Assembly (NCBI GenBank): GCA_963722655.1
Contig: CAVRNT010000002.1
Coordinates: 7,461-71,460 of the forward strand
Direction: 5' to 3'
Source: an uncultured bacterium
GTDB taxonomy: Bacteria > Patescibacteriota > Minisyncoccia > UBA6257 > GWB1-50-10
Length of the DNA stretch: 64,000 nt
Shown here one piece after another: positions 57,303-64,000 of the stretch. A model generated the notes under the pieces. That model searched no databases. It was not told the DNA's origin and worked only from the letters and a program-made list of their open reading frames with translations. The stretch's first letter is position 1, and every line of letters starts with the position of its first letter. A program made the translations under genes and the position numbers.

Positions 57303-58888
57303 CCGCGCTCTTCGGTATTATCTTCGGCCTTTTAGGTCTCAATTTGTTCCGCCTCCAGATAGAGAACGGGGGCTACTACTTCGCCCGCGCCGAGGCGCGG
57401 AATCAAGCCCTCGCCCAGTCCAATCTCACGCGGGGGCAGATCTTTTTCACGGACCGGAGCGGCAACAAGATCACGGTCGCGATGGACCAACCCTACCCCG
57501 TAATCTACGCCGTCCCGCAGGAGATCGCGGACCCGTCCTCGACCGCCGCCGCTCTCGCGCCGGCGATCGGCTGGGACCCCGGAGCCCTCGCCAAAGCCCT
57601 GGACAATCCGAAAAGTTTGTTCCGGATGCTCATCGAAAAGGCGACGCCCACCGAGACCGACGCCGTCACGGCCCTCAACTTGAGCGGCATCTATACCGAC
57701 GAGAAGGACTACCGTTACTATCCTTTCGGGACGCTCGCCGCGCAGGTCGTCGGCTTCGTGGGACTCAACAGTTCGACTTCGCAGCCGGCGGGCCTCTATG
57801 GTCTCGAGAACCAGTACAACGCTGAGCTCGCGGCGGGCACCGACCTCCAGACCACCATCGACCGGACGCTCCAAGCCCAGTCGGAGGAGATCTTGCAGAA
57901 CCTCATGACCGCCCGGAAAGCTGAGGGAGGCACCATCATCATCGAGGACCCGAAAACTGGCGCCATCCTCACCTTCGCCAATTCACCGACCTTCGACCCG
58001 AACGCCTACGCGAGCTCGTCCGTCTCCACTTTCATCGATCCGGGCACGGAATATTTTTACGAACCTGGCTCCGTCTTTAAAGCCATCACGATGGCGATCG
58101 GCATCGATGACGACATCTTCACCTCGAGCACGACCTACACCGACCCCGGCTACGTCGTGTTGAACGGGAAGAAGATCACGAATTACGACCACAAGGCCTA
58201 CGGCCCCGGCACGACGATGACTGGGGTCATTATGCATTCCATCAATACCGGCGCCGTCTGGGCCGAGCAGCAGATCGGGAGCAAGCTTTTCTCCCAAGGT
58301 GTCTTCAATTTCGGTTTCGGCTCCCCGACTGGCATCGACCTGCCGAACGAGATCGGCGGACGGACCGTGAACCTAACGAACAAGAACGCTGAGCCGGTGG
58401 ACTTCGCGACCGTCGGCTTCGGCCAGGGGATTGGCGTAACCCCCATCCAGATGGTGAACGCCTACGCGGCCCTGGCGAACGGTGGCCTTCTGATGCGGCC
58501 CTACGTCAACGCGGCTCTCGGGCCCGAGGTCGTGCGGCGGGTTATAAGCCCGGCCACGGCCAAGGAGGTCACCTTGATGATACAGATCGCGGCGGAAAAC
58601 GGCGGGGTCGCGAACATCCCGTCCTTCCACGTGGCGGGGAAGACCGGCACGGCCCAAATTCCGGATTTGGTCCACGGCGGCTACACCCAAAACTACATCC
58701 ACACCTTCGTCGGCATGGTGCCGGCGACCGACCCACGCCTCGTCATTCTTCTCAAGTTGGACAATCCCGACGTGGGCGACCTCGCGGCCCTGACCGTCGT
58801 TCCGGCCTTCCGCCAACTGGCCTCCTTCGCTATGAACTACCTGAACGTCACCCCGGATAATCCGAACAACATCGTCACTAAACCATGA
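57278..58888 (+). CDS. ftsI: Penicillin-binding protein 2/FtsI-type transpeptidase
   Basis: N-terminal TM, dimerisation domain, transpeptidase motifs SVFK (SxxK), SIN (SxN), KTGT. Confidence 0.85.
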   Translation: MGFRFIFLTALFGIIFGLLGLNLFRLQIENGGYYFARAEARNQALAQSNLTRGQIFFTDRSGNKITVAMDQPYPVIYAVPQEIADPSSTAAALAPAIGWDPGALAKALDNPKSLFRMLIEKATPTETDAVTALNLSGIYTDEKDYRYYPFGTLAAQVVGFVGLNSSTSQPAGLYGLENQYNAELAAGTDLQTTIDRTLQAQSEEILQNLMTARKAEGGTIIIEDPKTGAILTFANSPTFDPNAYASSSVSTFIDPGTEYFYEPGSVFKAITMAIGIDDDIFTSSTTYTDPGYVVLNGKKITNYDHKAYGPGTTMTGVIMHSINTGAVWAEQQIGSKLFSQGVFNFGFGSPTGIDLPNEIGGRTVNLTNKNAEPVDFATVGFGQGIGVTPIQMVNAYAALANGGLLMRPYVNAALGPEVVRRVISPATAKEVTLMIQIAAENGGVANIPSFHVAGKTGTAQIPDLVHGGYTQNYIHTFVGMVPATDPRLVILLKLDNPDVGDLAALTVVPAFRQLASFAMNYLNVTPDNPNNIVTKP

Positions 58889-60192
58889 TGAAAACCATCG
58901 TTTTAAAAATAATTGCCTGGAAACTTAAGCTCATCGCGCGCCTCACCGTCCTCAAGTACCGACCGGCGATCGTGGGCGTGACCGGGAACGTCGGCAAGAC
59001 CTCGGCCAAGCTCGCGATCGCAGCCGTGCTTTCCGCCGACCGGAAAACCCGGGTCTCGGCCAAGAATTTCAACAACGAGCTGGGTCTGCCTTTGAACATC
59101 ATCGGCGATTTCAAATCGAGCGAGGGTCTCGGCGTCTGGTTGCGGGCGCTCGCCTTGGGCGTGAAAAACCTAGTTCTCACGACGGACTACCCCGAGGTCC
59201 TCGTCCTCGAATACGGCGTGGACCGGCCGGGGGATATGACCTATCTCTTGGGCATTGCAAGGCCCCAGATCGGGGCGGTGACAGCGATCGGCCGAATTCC
59301 GGTCCACGTGGAGTTCTTCCAAGGGCCGGAGGGCATCGCCAAGGAAAAGTCCAAGCTGGTCAGTTTCCTCCCCGCGACCGGTTTCGCGCTCCTCAACGCC
59401 GACGACGAGACCGTTTTAAAAATGAAGGAGCAAACTCGGGCCCACGTCGTGACCTTCGGCTTCGATCCGAAGGCAGATATGCGCATCACGAACTTCCAGA
59501 ACCGGTTCGACCCGGAAACGGGTGAGGCCGGGATTTCCTTCAAACTCAAATACGGCGGGAGTATGGTGCCCATACGCATCCCCGGCGTTTTCGGCCGGAC
59601 CACCGCTTACGCCTCGGCTGTGGGCGCCGCGACCGGCCTCGTCTTCGGAATGAACCTATTGAAGATCTCCGAGGCGCTTTCGAACTATCGCGGCCCGGCC
59701 GGCCGTTTGCGGGCAGTGCCTGCCATTCGAGGCGGGATGATCGTCGACGACACATACAATTCTTCGCCCCACGCGGCGCGCGAGGCCCTGGAGACATTAG
59801 GGATGCTCAAAGCCAAACGGAAGATCGCCGTTCTGGGGGATATGCTGGAACTCGGCAAATACACGATGGAGGCCCACAAAGAGATCGGGAAATTGGCCGC
59901 GAAGACCGCCGATCTGCTCGTGACCGTGGGGGCCAGGGCGAAGTTCATCGCCGAGGCGGCCGAGGGGGCCAAGATGCCGAGGAAGGATATTGCGGCCTTC
60001 GAATCCGTTTCCGAAGCGGGGATTTGGCTCGCTGAGCGGGTGAAGAAAGGTGATTTGGTCCTCGTGAAGGGCTCGCAGGGAGTGCGGATGGAGAAAATCG
60101 TCAAGGAATTGATGGCCGAACCCTTGAAGGCTAAAGAGACGCTGGTCCGCCAATCGCCCGTCTGGCTTGCGAAATCGGGACTCTACGAGTAA
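58885..60192 (+). CDS. murF: UDP-N-acetylmuramoyl-tripeptide--D-alanyl-D-alanine ligase MurF
   Basis: P-loop VGVTGNVGKTSAKLAIAAVL, Mur ligase central and C-terminal domains. Confidence 0.88.
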   Translation: MMKTIVLKIIAWKLKLIARLTVLKYRPAIVGVTGNVGKTSAKLAIAAVLSADRKTRVSAKNFNNELGLPLNIIGDFKSSEGLGVWLRALALGVKNLVLTTDYPEVLVLEYGVDRPGDMTYLLGIARPQIGAVTAIGRIPVHVEFFQGPEGIAKEKSKLVSFLPATGFALLNADDETVLKMKEQTRAHVVTFGFDPKADMRITNFQNRFDPETGEAGISFKLKYGGSMVPIRIPGVFGRTTAYASAVGAATGLVFGMNLLKISEALSNYRGPAGRLRAVPAIRGGMIVDDTYNSSPHAAREALETLGMLKAKRKIAVLGDMLELGKYTMEAHKEIGKLAAKTADLLVTVGARAKFIAEAAEGAKMPRKDIAAFESVSEAGIWLAERVKKGDLVLVKGSQGVRMEKIVKELMAEPLKAKETLVRQSPVWLAKSGLYE

Positions 60193-60207
60193 ATTGGAAA
60201 CGTGAAT

Positions 60208-60282
60208 GGCCCTATCGTCTAGTGGCTAGGACGGCGCCCTCTCACGGCGCAAACAGGGGTTCGACTCCCCTTGGGGCTACCA
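60208..60282 (+). tRNA. tRNA-Glu (anticodon CTC), CCA encoded
   Basis: Acceptor GGCCCTA/TGGGGCT (two G.U pairs), anticodon stem GCGCC/GGCGC loop CTCTCAC, T-arm AGGGG-TTCGACT-CCCCT, 3' ACCA. Confidence 0.75.
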
Positions 60283-61759
60283 AATTAGATTTTTTACCGT
60301 CGTAAGTCTGGTTAAGCTCATAAATCTTAGCCAATTTACTGTTTCCAAATCTCTTGCCGTCAAAGTATATTTTTTCGGGAAATACGTTCTTTTGGAAACG
60401 CATTTTAAAGTCATAGCGGAGCCGCTTCCATGTTGCTGCGCTATTACGAACGAACTCGAAGCAGTATGCTAGTGCCTCGTCCATATTGAATTCATCAATG
60501 CGGTTTTCGTTCCCAAGCCGGGATTTCTCGCGGATCTTATTATTGATGATATTCTTCTGCTCAAGAAACTCATCATCGTTATAAACGCCGGACCTATGAA
60601 GATTGAAGATTTCCTGTCGTTCATTTTCCAGTTTTTCAATTTCCCGCCGAAGTTGGCCGTTAGCCGCGTCGAACTTCTTAAAATTTGATTGCCAAACATC
60701 AATCATGATTTCCCTGAACCACTTCTCGTACCTGACATTCGGTGTGATGGAATGCAAGTACTCAATAAACAACTCCTCAAATGTTGACTTGGGTATGAAC
60801 GAAGCGTTTCTGCATTCTTGCTTGTGGTGATGATAATATGGATATCGTTTGCCGTTTCTACCTCGTGAATTACTCCCAGTGATCTGGCATAAGCAATCCG
60901 AGCAGAAAGATCTCCGCAATGGGAAATCCTCATTAACGACCTGCCGTCTGAAGGATCGGTTGTTGCTCTCACGCCTCGCTTGGCACCTGGCAAAAAGTTC
61001 CTTCGAGACAATAGGCTCGAAGTTGCCCTCCACACGAAAGCCCCAAACATCTATGATGCCGGCGTATATTTCATTCTTAGTAATCTTCTCAATGAGCTGC
61101 GGGAAGGGTCTTTTTCCGTGCCTTGTTCTAAGACCTCGTTCCGCCACGAAATCAGACAAAGACTCATAGCTATACGTCCCCTTAGCCCACTCATCAAAGA
61201 TAAGCCGAATATATGCTGCTTTTTCAGGATCGGGAACGATGTTGGAGCCATGGTGCGGGCGATAATAGCCAAGGGGCGACTGCCAAACCCAGATCCCTTG
61301 TTTGATGCGCTCTATCATCCCACTTTTGGTTCTTTCAGTTCTCATATTATTATCAAGTTCAGCGAACACAGAAATCATTCCTTCCATCGCCCTGCCTATC
61401 GAGGTCTCATTAATCGGTTCGGTGACAGACCGCAACTCAGTGTTGTAACGTCTCAACATTCCTCGCACGGAGACATGATCGTCCTGGTTCCTTGAAAAAC
61501 GATCGAGCTTGTAAACAATAAAGAAATTTACAGGCCGCTTTTTATTCGAACAGAGGCTAATTGCCTTTAGGAATTCGGGGCGATCCGCTGTCTTCGCTGA
61601 CTCGCCCTTGTCAATGAACGCAGCTAATACTTCGATATTGTTTCTTGACGCCCATTCACGACAAAGGCGTTCTTGCATTTCTAAGCTCGTACCTTCAACC
61701 TGCTCCTTCGAAGATACGCGGCAATAAATCACTCCTGTTCTATTCCCCTCGATTTGCAT
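60242..61759 (-). CDS. Large serine recombinase (resolvase/integrase family)
   Basis: N-terminal catalytic domain GVIYCRVSSKEQ (Ser nucleophile), DRFSRN, then recombinase domain and Cys-rich region (CSDCLCQ...C). Confidence 0.85.
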   Translation of the reverse strand: MQIEGNRTGVIYCRVSSKEQVEGTSLEMQERLCREWASRNNIEVLAAFIDKGESAKTADRPEFLKAISLCSNKKRPVNFFIVYKLDRFSRNQDDHVSVRGMLRRYNTELRSVTEPINETSIGRAMEGMISVFAELDNNMRTERTKSGMIERIKQGIWVWQSPLGYYRPHHGSNIVPDPEKAAYIRLIFDEWAKGTYSYESLSDFVAERGLRTRHGKRPFPQLIEKITKNEIYAGIIDVWGFRVEGNFEPIVSKELFARCQARRESNNRSFRRQVVNEDFPLRRSFCSDCLCQITGSNSRGRNGKRYPYYHHHKQECRNASFIPKSTFEELFIEYLHSITPNVRYEKWFREIMIDVWQSNFKKFDAANGQLRREIEKLENERQEIFNLHRSGVYNDDEFLEQKNIINNKIREKSRLGNENRIDEFNMDEALAYCFEFVRNSAATWKRLRYDFKMRFQKNVFPEKIYFDGKRFGNSKLAKIYELNQTYDGKKSNLVAPRGVEPLFAP

Positions 61760-61941
61760 AACTTAATTCTATTAGCTTCCCGCAATCTTTGTAAGACCCC
61801 AACGGGATATTTGGAAACAGCTCCATTTTCAAGCCAGTCATCAAAAATCAGCTGGCCTAGGTCATAAAGAGCGTTGCGAATTTCAATAATCTCATCATCA
61901 GACAGATGAATTTCCGCATCTTGTTTCATGTTCCTTCTCAT
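61729..61941 (-). CDS. Small hypothetical protein (70 aa) upstream of recombinase
   Basis: ORF overlapping recombinase start by about 30 nt; acidic; no family. Confidence 0.3.
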   Translation of the reverse strand: MRRNMKQDAEIHLSDDEIIEIRNALYDLGQLIFDDWLENGAVSKYPVGVLQRLREANRIKLCKSRGIEQE

Positions 61942-62081
61942 CCACGATAGGGGAACATGGGGGAAATCTTAAGGTGGGACTTATTGCTAGAAGGAGGACA
62001 TTGTCCAGTCGTACCGGTGAATTACCCCGTTGGGAATACCATTGAAATGTAAAGAATAGTAAACTATACTAACATGGCAGA

Positions 62082-62612
62082 ATGGATACAGCAACCATCA
62101 GAAAATATGTCCGGCTTTACGACGCAGAAAGATGCCTTTTTGAAGAAGTCGGCCCACAAGCCAGTCGAAGAGGATATTTGACGTTCAGAGAATTTTACGC
62201 GATATGTATTTGGAAATCGGCAAGGCAAAAGCAAAATTATCTTCAGAACGAGGGTAAGAAGTGTGTAGAGGATATAACGAAGAAAGCGTTTTCCACCGAA
62301 GACGAAAAGGAAAAAATCAAACTCCTTTGCAAGTTGAGAGGCGTTAAAATTCGGACTGCATCTGCTTTGCTCACAGTTGTGTTTCCAAACAAATATGCTG
62401 TCCTGGATATCAGGTGCCTAGAGATGTTGGAAGAGCAGTTTCGCTCCGGGATCTCAAAATCTGTTTCCCTGAAAACATGGCTGGAATACCTTTCGAAGAT
62501 GAGGAGCCTTGCAAGCGGCTACGGGATCACTCCAAGACAATTGGATATGGCGCTATTTGCAATGCACAAGGAAAAATTGGAGAATATGAACCATAGGAAC
62601 TTATATCAATGA
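62082..62612 (+). CDS. Hypothetical protein with possible helix-hairpin-helix (HhH-GPD/Ogg-like) segment
   Basis: LRGVKIRTASALLTVVFPNKYAVLDIRCLE resembles an HhH followed by catalytic-Asp position of HhH-GPD glycosylases; weak. Confidence 0.35.
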   Translation: MDTATIRKYVRLYDAERCLFEEVGPQASRRGYLTFREFYAICIWKSARQKQNYLQNEGKKCVEDITKKAFSTEDEKEKIKLLCKLRGVKIRTASALLTVVFPNKYAVLDIRCLEMLEEQFRSGISKSVSLKTWLEYLSKMRSLASGYGITPRQLDMALFAMHKEKLENMNHRNLYQ

Positions 62613-62794
62613 AGACTGTGGAAAGCAAAGAGTTTTATACAGCGCAGGAACTCGCCGACAAGTTGGCAGTGAACATAATGACGATCTATAGATATATCAA
62701 AGCAAGGCGGCTCAAGGCGTACAAAATAGGCAAGGAGTTCAGGATTGATAAGAACGAATTCGGAAGATTCTTAAAGAGATCTGAAACAAAATGA
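62609..62794 (+). CDS. Excisionase-family helix-turn-helix DNA-binding protein
   Basis: 61 aa; YTAQELADKLAVNIMTIYRYIKARRLKAYKIGKEFRI typical of MerR-superfamily excisionase HTH. Confidence 0.65.
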   Translation: MKTVESKEFYTAQELADKLAVNIMTIYRYIKARRLKAYKIGKEFRIDKNEFGRFLKRSETK

Positions 62795-64000
62795 GCAATC
62801 TAAATAAACACGACATTGAGTTTTTAATTGATTGCCTTAAAAACGGAAAAGAAATTCCGGAGGTTTATAAGTACGCAATTTTCCCGACTAAGCAAATGGA
62901 ATACGAGCTTGTCTACGCGGGCAAAATGCGGAAGGAAGATGTGCTTGCCGATACAGAAGAAGCCAAGCCTGTACCGCTCCAAATCGAAAAAGTCTTTAAT
63001 GGGAAAACGTACCCGCTCTTTTCCAGAGATTGGCGCAACCTTCTGGTTTTTGGGGACAATCTGCAAATTCTGAAGACATTCTATGAAGACAAAGATCCCC
63101 TCATAAGAGGAAAAGTAAAGGGGAAAGTGAAACTTATTTACATAGATCCGCCTTTCGGTACAGGCGACGAGTATGAAGGATCTGGCAATTCGGGTGCCTA
63201 TAGCGCGAAAAGAAAAGGGGCAGATTTTGTAGAGTTCTTGCGCAGACGATTGATACTTTTGAGAGAGATGCTCGATCCGCTAGGATTCATACTGGTTAGA
63301 CTGGATTATCACTTTGGCCATTACACAAAAGCCGTCTTAGATGAAATATTTGAAAGAAGTAATTTTCGTAATGAGTTCATTGTCAATCGAGTCAAGAAAA
63401 ATGTCACTGAAAAAGGAAGAAGAACGATTCCGAATGCGGTAGATAGTATTTTTGCTTATTCTGCGACGGAAAGTGCTGAGTATAAATACATACTTAGGCA
63501 ACTAAAAGAGAGGCGAGAAGGATATTGGCACAATATGGAATCAGCGGGCTATTCGGGACCACGGCAAGTCGTTATTACTGGGAAGACGTATTATCCGACC
63601 AAGAACTCCCATTTTAAATTCACTCAAAAACAAGCAGATGAAATGATAGCTGCCGGGAGAATAAGAGTGAACCCACGAAGCAACAAACCAGAATATTGGG
63701 TAGAAGCAAAAGATTTTGAGACATTAGACAGTAATTGGTCTGATATACCAGGGTACACTTTCACGACAGGTTATCCCACTGAAAATTCCGAAGATCTACT
63801 AACTAGAGTAATAAAACTGACGACGGATGATGGCGATTTAGTCATGGACGTTTTCGCTGGAAGCGGGACTTCTCTTGCGGTTTCAGAAAAGCTCGGACGC
63901 CGCTGGGTTGGTTGCGATATTGGCAAGTTATCCATTTACACAATTCAAAAGCGACTGCTTGGAATCGATGAAAGTAAGGATTTAGGGAATCCAAAGAGGA
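62791..64000 (+). CDS. DNA methyltransferase, beta class (N6-adenine or N4-cytosine), 5' partial; continues beyond window
   Basis: Motif IV DPPF (IYIDPPFGTGDEY) precedes motif I FxGxG (VMDVFAGSGTSLAV), the beta-class order; ATG 62791 overlaps preceding stop. Confidence 0.8.
   Translation, partial: MSNLNKHDIEFLIDCLKNGKEIPEVYKYAIFPTKQMEYELVYAGKMRKEDVLADTEEAKPVPLQIEKVFNGKTYPLFSRDWRNLLVFGDNLQILKTFYEDKDPLIRGKVKGKVKLIYIDPPFGTGDEYEGSGNSGAYSAKRKGADFVEFLRRRLILLREMLDPLGFILVRLDYHFGHYTKAVLDEIFERSNFRNEFIVNRVKKNVTEKGRRTIPNAVDSIFAYSATESAEYKYILRQLKERREGYWHNMESAGYSGPRQVVITGKTYYPTKNSHFKFTQKQADEMIAAGRIRVNPRSNKPEYWVEAKDFETLDSNWSDIPGYTFTTGYPTENSEDLLTRVIKLTTDDGDLVMDVFAGSGTSLAVSEKLGRRWVGCDIGKLSIYTIQKRLLGIDESKDLGNPKR

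Larger units (their letters stand above)
60242..64000. mobile_element. Putative integrative element inserted at the 3' half of tRNA-Glu (left end only; continues beyond window)
   Basis: Serine recombinase gene whose 3' end reads through the tRNA 3' half; GC drops to about 42%; excisionase-type HTH and DNA methyltransferase cargo; dcw cluster interrupted after murF. Confidence 0.6.

Noticed and set aside
60242-60282. Treating the recombinase/tRNA-Glu overlap as an ORF-calling artefact
   Set aside because: Considered, but the reading frame continues cleanly through the tRNA 3' half to a stop, and the GC shift begins exactly there; this is the pattern expected for an att site, so the overlap is retained.
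1-64000. CRISPR arrays, rRNA genes, IS/transposase genes, toxin-antitoxin pairs
   Set aside because: Scanned for short spacer-separated direct repeats, rRNA-like conserved blocks, DDE/transposase motifs and small overlapping gene pairs. None were found; the only repeats are the two 140-bp copies, and the small gene pairs examined (53707/54099; 61729/62082) lack TA hallmarks.

Overview
This 64-kb window is a roughly 58-62% GC bacterial chromosome segment. Its gene content and ribosomal-protein oddities resemble a Candidate Phyla Radiation (Patescibacteria-type) genome, but that is an inference from sequence alone. The conserved backbone is: an ABC-2 exporter pair; the dnaG-rpoD macromolecular-synthesis pair; the str operon (rpsL-rpsG-fusA-tuf); rpsJ; and a complete S10/spc-type ribosomal block (rplC through rplO, with no L30 gene). 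It continues with secY-adk-map, topA on the minus strand preceded by a decayed dprA, rluA-family and rplS genes, gyrB, rplJ-rplL, truB, and the start of the dcw cluster (mraZ-rsmH-ftsL-ftsI-murF). I found seven tRNAs by inspecting stems and anticodons: Pro-GGG, Ile-GAT, Ala-TGC, Leu-GAG, Val-CAC, Glu-CTC, plus the Ile-Ala pair that normally sits inside an rRNA spacer but here has no rRNA nearby. Several lower-GC accessory patches interrupt the backbone. (a) 6.7-8.8 kb: next to tRNA-Pro, carries rpmB and a secreted dockerin-like protein with a T9SS-type C-terminal sorting domain. (b) about 34.5-40.3 kb: a cassette with a class-A beta-lactamase-fold hydrolase, two GT2-like glycosyltransferases, two SAM methyltransferases and a radical-SAM/SPASM-like enzyme, embedded in an array of Ser/Thr-rich secreted paralogues. 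(c) 43.3-48.1 kb: a cell-surface locus with a DUF916-like protein, an FN3-dockerin protein and two cohesin-like membrane-anchored proteins. (d) A NiSOD (sodN) plus putative SodX maturase pair. (e) A two-gene cassette downstream of tRNA-Val bracketed by about 140-bp direct repeats that show compensatory hairpin changes. (f) An integrative element at tRNA-Glu that cuts the dcw cluster after murF; it carries a large serine recombinase, an excisionase-type HTH, an HhH-like protein and a beta-class DNA methyltransferase that runs off the window end. No CRISPR array, rRNA or transposase was found. The many long antisense ORFs in the six-frame track are high-GC artefacts.
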